Virus record (IMG/VR): IMGVR_UViG_3300050015_000188
Location: 1-31,699 of that record
DNA from: a virus
Length of the DNA: 31,699 nucleotides
Reading direction: 5' to 3' (one strand)
Below the pieces are notes generated by a model, which was not told the origin of the DNA, made no database searches, and saw only the letters and a list, made by a program, of their open reading frames with translations. The translations under genes were made by a program, and so were the position numbers. Shown piece after piece: positions 1 to 8,229 of the stretch (positions are counted from its first letter, which is position 1; the number at the start of each line of letters is the position of its first letter).

Positions 1-27
1 GAAAAGCCGGATAGACTCTGAAAAGAC
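1..27. repeat. Terminal overlap identical to nt 31673-31699 (circular closure of the contig)
   Basis: Both ends read GAAAAGCCGGATAGACTCTGAAAAGAC. The HNH stop (31672-31674) abuts the repeat and terS follows at 96. Confidence 0.9.
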
Positions 28-95
28 CGCGTAGTTTCCTCCAGTTTTTTCACGGCTCGCATATGTGACCCCCCACCCCAAAGAAAGGCAAAGTT

Positions 96-467
96 ATGAC
101 GGACTCTGAAAAGAAGGCAAGAGATAAGAGAATTTTGAAAGAAGTCAAGAGACTTAAAAACATATTTAAAGATATAGAAGATGAGCGCAAAATTCTTATT
201 GAAGGGCTAATAAAAAGAGCATCTTACATGAGAATTACACTTGAAGATTATGAAACTGATATTCTCGAAAATGGCTCAACAGAGATGTTTTCTCAGTCGG
301 AAAAAACAGATCCGTATGAAAGAGAACGCCCGGTAGCAAGATTGTACAATACCATGAACAAAAACTACCAAACGATGATTAATCAATTATCAAAATTACT
401 CCCGGAAACAAAATCGAATGGCGGTGAGATTGACGATGGGTTCGAAGCGTTTGTTACAGCCAAATAA
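96..467 (+). CDS. terS: Terminase small subunit (P27-family-like)
   Basis: 123 aa, basic coiled N-terminus, ERERPVARLYNTMNKNY-type motif. Lies directly upstream of and overlapping terL, and downstream of the HNH gene. Confidence 0.75.
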   Translation: MTDSEKKARDKRILKEVKRLKNIFKDIEDERKILIEGLIKRASYMRITLEDYETDILENGSTEMFSQSEKTDPYERERPVARLYNTMNKNYQTMINQLSKLLPETKSNGGEIDDGFEAFVTAK

Positions 468-2133
468 TAAAGAAAACTACATTATTCAGTATTGGAAAAA
501 GATAAAAAGTGGTGAAATTTTAGTCTGTAAGAAGATAAAAAAACAATATTCGAAGCTAATTGATGATATAAAAAAACCAAAAGGCAATTGGATTTATGAT
601 GATGCCAAAGCAAAACATGCAATCGATTTTATCGAAAAATACTGCAAACACAGCAAAGGAAAGTGGGGTGGAAAACCGCTATTATTAGAACTTTGGCAAA
701 AGGCATTGCTATCGGCCGCATTTGGATTTGTAGATAAAGTAACCGGACTCCGTAAATATACGAGAGTTATTTTAATTGTCGCTAGAAAAAATGGAAAGTC
801 AACATTAGCAGCTGCGGTTGGCCTGTATTTACAAATAGGAGATGGAGAACCGGGCGCCGAAGTGTATAGTGTCGCAACAAAAAAAGACCAGGCAAAAATC
901 ATATGGCAAGAAGCTAAAAGAATGGTGCATAAATCGCCTGCATTGCGTAAAAGAATTAAAACACTGATCGGCGAAATAGTTGGTCTAGGAAAATATCAGG
1001 ACACATTTTTTAAACCCCTTGGTTCTGACTCCGACACCTTAGATGGGCTAAATGTTCATGGCGCATTAATGGACGAAATCCACGCATGGAAGATTATGAA
1101 TTTGTTTGACGTAATAGTAGACGGCATGACAGCAAGAGAACAGCCAATGTTATTCGCCACAACAACAGCGGGTACCGTAAGAGAGTTAGTATTTGACGAA
1201 CTATATGATTATGGTGAAAAAATAATTAATGAACTTGACGGATTTGCAGACGAACATTTTTTACCAATTTTCTACGAACTTGACAGTCGGGAAGAATGGA
1301 CCAATCCGGACAATGCTATAAAAGCAAATCCAGGACTAGGTACAATCAAAAATCAAAAAACCTTATTTGAAAAAATTGCCCGGGCAAAGTTGCAGCCAAA
1401 CGCAGTCAGCAATTTGTTAACAAAAGACTTTAACATAAGAGATACGCGTTCAAATGCATGGTTAACATTTGATGAAATAAACAACACATCAACATTCACC
1501 ATGGAAGATATCAAAAACAGTTACGCAATATCCGGTACCGACTTGTCGGCCACCACTGATTTAACTTGCGCAACATTGCTGCTTATGAAACCTGACAGCG
1601 ACATCAAGTATGTTTTACAAATGTATTTTTTGCCGGAACAATTGCTAGAAAAAAGATCGCAACTTGACAAAATACCGTATGACAAATGGGAACAAGCGAG
1701 ACTGCTTAAAACATGCGAAGGATTCCATGTTTCATTCGAAGATGTAACAGCTTGGTATGTTGAGATGTATGAAAAATATCAACTAGCACCATACTGGAAT
1801 TACTATGACAGAGCACTAGCGGGATATTGGGTTGGAGACATGACCAATCATGGGTTTAACATGACACCTTGCGCGCAGGGGGCAATGACATTCAGTCAGC
1901 CAATGAAACTTATGGAAGGTGACTTAAAGGGAAAACTAATCAACTACAATAACAATCCTATACTCAAATGGTGCTTAACAAACACAGCACTTAAAGTTGA
2001 TGATAACGGAAATATCAGGCCAATCAAAGGCATCAGCAGAATCAAGCGTGTAGATGGAACATTCTCGCTTTTGAATGCGTACGTTGGTCTATATGAACAT
2101 TTGGAAGATTATAAAGCATTAATAAGGCGGTGA
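436..2133 (+). CDS. terL: Terminase large subunit
   Basis: Walker-A-like ARKNGKST, LMDEIH Walker B, C-terminal nuclease region. The ORF is open from 418. ATG 436 is preferred because GGTGAG lies 7 nt upstream. Confidence 0.93.
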   Translation: MGSKRLLQPNNKENYIIQYWKKIKSGEILVCKKIKKQYSKLIDDIKKPKGNWIYDDAKAKHAIDFIEKYCKHSKGKWGGKPLLLELWQKALLSAAFGFVDKVTGLRKYTRVILIVARKNGKSTLAAAVGLYLQIGDGEPGAEVYSVATKKDQAKIIWQEAKRMVHKSPALRKRIKTLIGEIVGLGKYQDTFFKPLGSDSDTLDGLNVHGALMDEIHAWKIMNLFDVIVDGMTAREQPMLFATTTAGTVRELVFDELYDYGEKIINELDGFADEHFLPIFYELDSREEWTNPDNAIKANPGLGTIKNQKTLFEKIARAKLQPNAVSNLLTKDFNIRDTRSNAWLTFDEINNTSTFTMEDIKNSYAISGTDLSATTDLTCATLLLMKPDSDIKYVLQMYFLPEQLLEKRSQLDKIPYDKWEQARLLKTCEGFHVSFEDVTAWYVEMYEKYQLAPYWNYYDRALAGYWVGDMTNHGFNMTPCAQGAMTFSQPMKLMEGDLKGKLINYNNNPILKWCLTNTALKVDDNGNIRPIKGISRIKRVDGTFSLLNAYVGLYEHLEDYKALIRR

Positions 2134-2137
2134 GAAT

Positions 2138-3385
2138 TTGAACAAAGAAAAAAGAAGTCTAAAAGAAATGATATTTGGTGCACCGAAAATACAAGATCAA
2201 GCAACGGCACTTAAAATATTAAGTGGCTATTCTCCATTTTTTTCACCTTATCGTGGTAACTCATATCAAAGCGATGTAGTTCGATCGGCCGTAGATGCAA
2301 TAGCTCGCAATGGTGCGAAGTTAATGGCCAAACACATTGTTAAAAACGATGCCGGCATTACAGAGATAAATAAAAATATAGCATATATGCTGCAAACACA
2401 ACCTAATCCACTTATGAACGCATTCGCATTTTTCTATAAACTGATAACTACATTGCAACTTGAGAATAATGCTTTTGTTTACCCACAAAAAGATACGGTC
2501 ACCGGAAGAATAGTTGCCTTTTGGCCAATACAACCAACTGTTATGGAACTTAAAGAGTCAAAAGGGGAAATAATTGCAAGTTTTTATTTTGGGAGTGGCG
2601 ACTCAGCAACAGTATTTTATGACGAACTCATTCATCTGAGAAAATTCTATTACAAAAATGATATATACGGTGAAGATAATCAAGCATTAATACCCACACT
2701 TGAACTAATTGATACAACTAATAAGGGAATAATAAATGCGATTAAATCCTCAGCATTTTTGAGAGGAATTATTAAGTTTACCGGATTAAGCATTGGAGAT
2801 GATCAAAAGAAAATACGTGATAATTTTGTTAAAGACTATTTTGGAGTAGATAACAATGGTGGAATTGCTGCTCTTGATAACAAGGCTGAGTTTACCGAAC
2901 TAAAAAACTCACCGACAATTACTGATGCAGATCAAATGGCATATATAAAGACCACCGTTTATAACTACTTCGGGATAAACGAAAAAATCATAAGTAGCAG
3001 TTATACAGAGGCAGACTGGGTAGCGTTTTATGAATCAGTATTAGAACCAATAGCAGTTCAAATGTCTTTAGAATTTACAAGTAAAATTTTCACAGCGCGT
3101 GAGCAGGGAGTAGGAAATCAAATAGTATTTGAGAGCAATAGACTTCAATATGCAGATAGCAAAACTAAATCAATGTTAATTAAAAACCTACTTCAGCTAG
3201 GAGTATTAACCATAAATGAGGCACGAGACATTTTGAATATGGCTCCGGTTGAGGGCGGAGAAAAAAGAATAATAACTCTTAACGTTGCAGATGCAAATAA
3301 GATTGACCAATATCAAGGTGTAGATGATACGCCAGTTAATCCAAATTCAGACACAGGAGGAACAAAAGATGATACTAACCAATGA
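2138..3385 (+). CDS. Portal protein (HK97 family)
   Basis: 415 aa, TTG start with GGTGAG RBS, C-terminal TINEARDILNMAPVEGGE motif typical of HK97-type portals, position after terL. Confidence 0.92.
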   Translation: MNKEKRSLKEMIFGAPKIQDQATALKILSGYSPFFSPYRGNSYQSDVVRSAVDAIARNGAKLMAKHIVKNDAGITEINKNIAYMLQTQPNPLMNAFAFFYKLITTLQLENNAFVYPQKDTVTGRIVAFWPIQPTVMELKESKGEIIASFYFGSGDSATVFYDELIHLRKFYYKNDIYGEDNQALIPTLELIDTTNKGIINAIKSSAFLRGIIKFTGLSIGDDQKKIRDNFVKDYFGVDNNGGIAALDNKAEFTELKNSPTITDADQMAYIKTTVYNYFGINEKIISSSYTEADWVAFYESVLEPIAVQMSLEFTSKIFTAREQGVGNQIVFESNRLQYADSKTKSMLIKNLLQLGVLTINEARDILNMAPVEGGEKRIITLNVADANKIDQYQGVDDTPVNPNSDTGGTKDDTNQ

Positions 3386-3968
3386 AAGAACGAGTAAAAA
3401 AGAATGTGAATTTAGGACATTTCCATTTGAGATTCGCGAAATCCAAAATGCAGATACCGGCGCGACTGAAATGTTCGTAGAGGGCTACGCGTGTTTGTTC
3501 AATCAGCCATATGATATGGGTTGTTATAACGAAGTAGTTACTCCTGACGCCTTCAAGAGTGCAGATATGACAGATGTAATATTTAACTACAATCATCGCG
3601 GTAAAGTTATGGCAAGAACTCGTAATAAAACACTCGAACTGTCAATTGATGGCATGGGATTATTTATGCGTGCAAAACTTGACGGTACTGAGGGTGGCCG
3701 AGAAATGTTTGAAGTAATCAAAGGCGGTTATATTGACCGCATGAGTTTTGCTTTTACTGACAAAGTATATAACTTTGATGAATCTACAGACACAAGAACT
3801 ATTAGCAACATTAGTAAAGTTTGGGATGTTTCGGCGGTGGATTTTCCCGCTAATGATAAAACCTCAATAAGCGCAAGGAGTTTTGACGAAGCGGTTGCTG
3901 AAGCAAAACAGAAAGCCCTGGACAGAGCCAAATTGCGTAAGAAGTTACTCATTAAAACGAAACTGTAA
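3369..3968 (+). CDS. Prohead maturation protease (HK97 / S78 family)
   Basis: EGYACLFNQPYDMG, NYNHRGKVMART, IDRMSFAF and DVSAVDFPAN motifs. ATG 3369 is preceded by AGGAGG. The ORF track start at 3324 is probably too early. Confidence 0.9.
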   Translation: MILTNERTSKKECEFRTFPFEIREIQNADTGATEMFVEGYACLFNQPYDMGCYNEVVTPDAFKSADMTDVIFNYNHRGKVMARTRNKTLELSIDGMGLFMRAKLDGTEGGREMFEVIKGGYIDRMSFAFTDKVYNFDESTDTRTISNISKVWDVSAVDFPANDKTSISARSFDEAVAEAKQKALDRAKLRKKLLIKTKL

Positions 3969-4060
3969 CAAGACATTTGGATAAATGTTGGAAACAAACG
4001 CGGGCGCTAAAGGCGTCTATTTTATTACAAAAATTTTAAACAAAAAAAGGAGAAAACAAA

Positions 4061-5218
4061 ATGAAATTTACACTAGCAGAGATCGAAAAAAGAATGGCAG
4101 AAATCGGCACAGAAATTGAAACAAACGATGCAGCGGATTTAGAAGCACTTGATACTGAAATCGCTGAATTGAGAGCAGAAAAAGAATCGCACGAAAAAAG
4201 AGAGAAACTACTTAATGATGTCAAAACAAATAAAGCAGCCACTCGTAAGATTGATGGACCTGCTGAAGTTGACGAAAAGAAAAACGCAGCCGAAGAGAGA
4301 GGAAAAACTCTCAAGGAAAAAAGAGCAATTACGGTTGGTAATTCACAAATCGTACTACCGGCATTTACCTCAACTGATATTAAACCCACTTTCAACGAAG
4401 TATCAACATTATTTGATGCAGTCGGGAAAAAAGTATTTGTGGGTGGAGAAAGCTTTGAACAGTCATATGTTGATGGGTATGGCGAAGGTGACTACACTGA
4501 CATAAGTTCAGATTCCGATTATAACGATGTTGAGACAGTAACTAAGTTTGCCTCAGTTACTAAGTCAAAAATCACAGCATACAGTGAAGATCCTGAAGAA
4601 GTATTGAAACTTGCAAACGCAGACTATGACGGTGAAATCACAAAAGGCATATCAATTGCAATCAAAAAGAAGTTGAGTAAACAAATACTTACCGGCCCAG
4701 GTACAGCCGGAACATTTGTTGGAATTTTCAGCGCACTTGCAACCGCAATTGACGACACAAAAGATATTCCAATTACCGCAATTGACGAAAACACGCTTGA
4801 CAATATTGTTTACAAGTATGGTGGAGATGAAGACGTACAAAACGATGCAGCGCTGATACTCAATAAACTTGATCTTTATGAGTTCGCAAAAGTTCGCGGA
4901 ACAGAGAATAAGCAAAAAGTTTACAAGATTGTAAACAATGGAAACAGCGGTACCATTGACGGTATTCCATTTATCTTGAACAGCGCTTGCAAATCTCTTG
5001 CAGCGGAAACAACATCAGAAGGTGACTATTGCATGGCCTATGGTTCAGTAAGCAACTACCTAGTTGCAGTATTCTCTGATCTTGAAATATTACGTTCAAT
5101 TGATTACAAATTTAAGCAGGGGCAAATTGCACACAGAGGTTCAATATTTGCCGGCGGAAACGTTGTAGCCAAGAACGGATTTGTAAGAGTAACAAAAGGC
5201 GGAACACCAAGCGCATAA
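4061..5218 (+). CDS. Major capsid protein (HK97 fold) with N-terminal coiled-coil delta/scaffold domain
   Basis: 385 aa. The first ~100 aa are charged coiled coil (cleavable delta domain), followed by a Phage_capsid-like body. AAGGAG RBS, position after the protease. Confidence 0.93.
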   Translation: MKFTLAEIEKRMAEIGTEIETNDAADLEALDTEIAELRAEKESHEKREKLLNDVKTNKAATRKIDGPAEVDEKKNAAEERGKTLKEKRAITVGNSQIVLPAFTSTDIKPTFNEVSTLFDAVGKKVFVGGESFEQSYVDGYGEGDYTDISSDSDYNDVETVTKFASVTKSKITAYSEDPEEVLKLANADYDGEITKGISIAIKKKLSKQILTGPGTAGTFVGIFSALATAIDDTKDIPITAIDENTLDNIVYKYGGDEDVQNDAALILNKLDLYEFAKVRGTENKQKVYKIVNNGNSGTIDGIPFILNSACKSLAAETTSEGDYCMAYGSVSNYLVAVFSDLEILRSIDYKFKQGQIAHRGSIFAGGNVVAKNGFVRVTKGGTPSA

Positions 5219-5233
5219 AAGGGGGATAAACGA

Positions 5234-5518
5234 ATGCTTGACAAAATTAAAGAAGTTCTAAGAATTACAACAGACGATTTCGACCAAGAAATCAGCGACC
5301 TAATCGAAGCGTGCAGAAGTGATTTGAAATTGTCAGGCGTTTCCCAAACAAAAATCAATAGAGATACCGACCCGCTAATAAAGCGGGCGGTATCTGTCTA
5401 TTGTAAAGCACATTTTGGATTTGATAATCCCGATTTTGACAAACTCACACAGTCTTACGATTCAATTAAAAAAGAGATGGTAATCTCGAGCGAATACACA
5501 ACGGAGGTGAGCGTCTAA
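5234..5518 (+). CDS. Head-tail connector (gp6-like DNA-packaging/connector protein)
   Basis: 94 aa. The LRITTDDFDQEISDLIEACRSDL pattern is typical of the gp6-like connector family. Position after the major capsid protein. Confidence 0.7.
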   Translation: MLDKIKEVLRITTDDFDQEISDLIEACRSDLKLSGVSQTKINRDTDPLIKRAVSVYCKAHFGFDNPDFDKLTQSYDSIKKEMVISSEYTTEVSV

Positions 5519-5829
5519 TGCTGTTCAGAGACGTTATATTTTACATTGGTAAATCAGATATTGACATTGATGAAATTGGGATCCCGACAAATACACCTAA
5601 CAAGATAAAAGCATTTGCCAACAAAAAATCAATCCGACAAAGTGAGTTCTACCAAGGACAAGGCGTAGGGTGGAAGCCCGAATTGATGTTTGAAGTGCGT
5701 ACAGAAACCTACAAGGGTTATGAAAAGTTGACATATAAAGACATCAATTACAACATCATACGCACCTACACGAAGAATGGTGAGATCACAGAACTTATCT
5801 GTTCTCAACACGCAAGAGGTGAGGAATAA
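5518..5829 (+). CDS. Head-tail adaptor / head closure protein (SPP1 gp16 / HK97 gp9-like)
   Basis: 103 aa, ATGA-type coupling to neighbours, YKDINYNIIRTY C-terminal pattern. Confidence 0.65.
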   Translation: MLFRDVIFYIGKSDIDIDEIGIPTNTPNKIKAFANKKSIRQSEFYQGQGVGWKPELMFEVRTETYKGYEKLTYKDINYNIIRTYTKNGEITELICSQHARGEE

Positions 5830-6320
5830 TGGCAATACCTTCCCCGGTAAAAATAAAGAAAAATGGTGTTGAGTACATTTCCAATGTTGATCGAGTAAAT
5901 TATACATTTAAACAACTTGTAAAAGCAGCGCTTAAAGAAACAGGAAAACTTATCCGCAAAAGAACTAGGCAAGGGATTCACAAAAGAACCGGCAATTTAG
6001 CAAGATGGGTCAAAGCAAAAGTATCATACAACGCTAGCCTTGAAGAACATGAAGTACAAATAGGATTTGTCAAAGAATCAAAGGATAAAGGGAAAACTGC
6101 TCGTTCTAAAAGTGGTGGTAAAGAACGTTTTGGATTTTATGGGGCATTTCAAGAGCTTGGTACCTCGAAAGAACCTGCAAGACCAATATTAAAACCATCT
6201 GCATTGAATAACATTTCAGAAATCAGAACAATTCAAGGCAAATTTTTATCAGCCATTGAAAATGAATCAAAAGCGTTAGGACTAATTGACGAGGGAGATG
6301 ATATAGATGACAACGATTGA
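5829..6320 (+). CDS. HK97 gp10-family tail-component protein
   Basis: 163 aa, TGNLARW and EPARPILKPS motifs typical of the family, synteny. Confidence 0.7.
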   Translation: MAIPSPVKIKKNGVEYISNVDRVNYTFKQLVKAALKETGKLIRKRTRQGIHKRTGNLARWVKAKVSYNASLEEHEVQIGFVKESKDKGKTARSKSGGKERFGFYGAFQELGTSKEPARPILKPSALNNISEIRTIQGKFLSAIENESKALGLIDEGDDIDDND

Positions 6321-6705
6321 GCTGCAGAAGAGCATAGTTGAGGTCCTAATAAAGTGTACTCCCAAAGTTTTTTATGAATCAGCTGATCAAGAGGCTGATT
6401 TTCCTTATATTGTATACGATTTTATCGGTGAAATACCCGATTATGAATCACAAAAAGATAAAATACTGCTTGAAATTGATTGTTGGAGTAACAAAACTGA
6501 TTCAAGAGAAGTTGAATCAATCGCAGATGCCGTTATTGGCAATAGAAATAGATTAAATACTTCCGGACTGGATCAGTTGCTTGTAACTAACAACAACTTT
6601 TCGGCAAGATTTTACTTAGACAACAAGCAAAACATACCTGATCCGTCACCTGATATAAGACGGCGAAAATTAACATTTGAAATACAAATTTTTTATATAA
6701 ATTAG
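6307..6705 (+). CDS. Tail terminator / tail completion protein (DUF3168-like)
   Basis: 132 aa, FPYIVYDF motif, position immediately upstream of the major tail protein. Confidence 0.5.
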   Translation: MTTIELQKSIVEVLIKCTPKVFYESADQEADFPYIVYDFIGEIPDYESQKDKILLEIDCWSNKTDSREVESIADAVIGNRNRLNTSGLDQLLVTNNNFSARFYLDNKQNIPDPSPDIRRRKLTFEIQIFYIN

Positions 6706-6735
6706 ACAAAATAAAACCATTAGGAGGACTAAAAA

Positions 6736-7566
6736 ATGTTCAGAAGAAATGTAACAGTGCAGGAAGTAGAGAATGTGCAGATTGATTCCGGAATAATCTA
6801 TGTCAATTATGTTGCCGGCGCCAAAAGAGAAATAGGACTGACAAAAGGCGGTTCAGAATTTTCCGTCAAACAAGAAATAAGACAGATAGAGCATGACGGC
6901 GCTATGGGTGATGAAAAAGGAATGGCAAGAATCACTAAAGTTGAGGCAAAAATCAAGTGTTCGTTACTTGCTATGATCCTTGAAAATTTAAAACTTGCTT
7001 TACCCGGAACAACACTTGAAAACAGTGTGCTAAGCGGAGCAACAACCGGGGTAATCGCCGAGGAAGATTATGTAAATGACTTAACGATCATCGGTCAGAC
7101 TGTAGCCGGATTTAAAAGAATAACAATTTTCAATGCTCTCGGCAGCGGATCCATATCAATTAAATCAAAAGACAAAGACGAAGCAGCGTTTGATGTTGAA
7201 ATGAGCGGCACATTCGATCCTCAGGATTCAACACAATCAATGTGGGAGATAGAAGATTTAGAATCATACCCAGGTAACCTGTCAAACGCATGTCTTGTCG
7301 TAACATCAACTATCCCTGCAAGCGCTACAATCGGTGCTGACACCATAACAGCTAATGTAGTCAATGGTACATCAAGTATCACTATCAATGTAGCACCAAG
7401 CACAGGGGCAACATGGAAGCTATACAGCAATGTAAACTGCACAACAGAGATTGCAAACAAGGTTTGGGCATTATCCGTTGGTGCAAACACAACCTATATC
7501 AAAGTTATTGCAGAAGATAAGGCTACAAGCAAAATCTATGCAGTAACCGTCACAAGGGCGGCCTAA
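6736..7566 (+). CDS. Major tail protein with C-terminal cadherin-like/Ig-like beta-sandwich domain
   Basis: 276 aa, AGGAGG RBS, position before the chaperone pair. The C-terminus ...NTTYIKVIAEDKATSKIYAVTVTRA matches the cadherin-like beta-sandwich signature. Confidence 0.8.
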   Translation: MFRRNVTVQEVENVQIDSGIIYVNYVAGAKREIGLTKGGSEFSVKQEIRQIEHDGAMGDEKGMARITKVEAKIKCSLLAMILENLKLALPGTTLENSVLSGATTGVIAEEDYVNDLTIIGQTVAGFKRITIFNALGSGSISIKSKDKDEAAFDVEMSGTFDPQDSTQSMWEIEDLESYPGNLSNACLVVTSTIPASATIGADTITANVVNGTSSITINVAPSTGATWKLYSNVNCTTEIANKVWALSVGANTTYIKVIAEDKATSKIYAVTVTRAA

Positions 7567-7567
7567 T

Positions 7568-7900
7568 ATGAGAAAATTACAAACATCAGACATATATCTG
7601 CTCTCTGAAATCATTGACAAATTGGATATTGATCCGGATGAATTAAAATTGCCTGAAGGAACTACCAAGGAGACTGAAACTGCTGCACAAAATAACATCG
7701 GCATTAAGCTAATGTTTTTAATTGCAAAAAAAGCATACAAGGCAAAGGATGCAATCAATCAACTGCTTGCAGAAGTTACAGAAAAAAGCGTTGCAGAGAT
7801 TGAAAAAGCGCCGTTTGGTGAAACATTCAACTTGTTAAAAGAGATTTTATCACAAGAGGAAGCAATAAGTTTTTTCAAGTCAAAACTCAAGTCGGAATAA
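7568..7900 (+). CDS. Tail assembly chaperone (gpG analogue)
   Basis: 110 aa acidic protein between the major tail protein and the tape measure. Contains a slippery heptamer near its 3' end. Confidence 0.75.
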   Translation: MRKLQTSDIYLLSEIIDKLDIDPDELKLPEGTTKETETAAQNNIGIKLMFLIAKKAYKAKDAINQLLAEVTEKSVAEIEKAPFGETFNLLKEILSQEEAISFFKSKLKSE

Positions 7901-8229
7901 AATACTCTGAGATAATCCGTATCTTGTCACAGTATGATTTGGGTTACATCATGGGGTTACCATTAAAAATAGTGGTAACCCTTTTAATTGACGGAATTGA
8001 AAACGAACAGCGGAAGCAAGCAAAAGAAAAATACATGACACTATACCCGCATATGTTAGTACCTGAAGGCATGACCGGTGATCCTCCGATTAGCTATTTT
8101 TCATTTGATGAATATTGGGAAAACCTGAAAAAAAGGACACCGAAAGAATTACCTGAAAGTGATGAAGTAACTTTAGCAAGATTAAGAAAAGCAGAAAAAA
8201 GCGGAAAGTATTGGAATAGAGGTGATTGA
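7568..8229 (+). CDS. Tail assembly chaperone frameshift fusion (gpGT analogue): 7568-7876 joined by a -1 shift to 7876-8229, about 220 aa
   Basis: The -1 frame is open from 7819 to 8229 and overlaps the G ORF. It has no ATG or RBS of its own before 7924. Confidence 0.65.
7870..7876 (+). promoter_or_regulatory. -1 programmed ribosomal frameshift slippery heptamer T TTT TTC
   Basis: The zero frame reads AGT TTT TTC, so X XXY YYZ = T TTT TTC. A -1 slip enters the open frame that continues to 8229. Confidence 0.7.

Noticed and set aside
4003-4023. Weak hairpin GGCGC-TAAAG-GCGTC plus T-rich tail between the protease and major capsid protein genes, considered as a terminator.
   Set aside because: It has only 5 bp including a G-U pair, and it lies inside an operon whose downstream genes must be co-expressed. 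At most it is an attenuator that boosts the capsid-to-protease ratio, which is not supportable by eye.
7924-8229. Independent 101-aa gene starting at TTG 7924.
   Set aside because: There is no RBS, and the frame is open upstream back to 7819. It is better explained as the -1 frameshift extension of the chaperone ORF.
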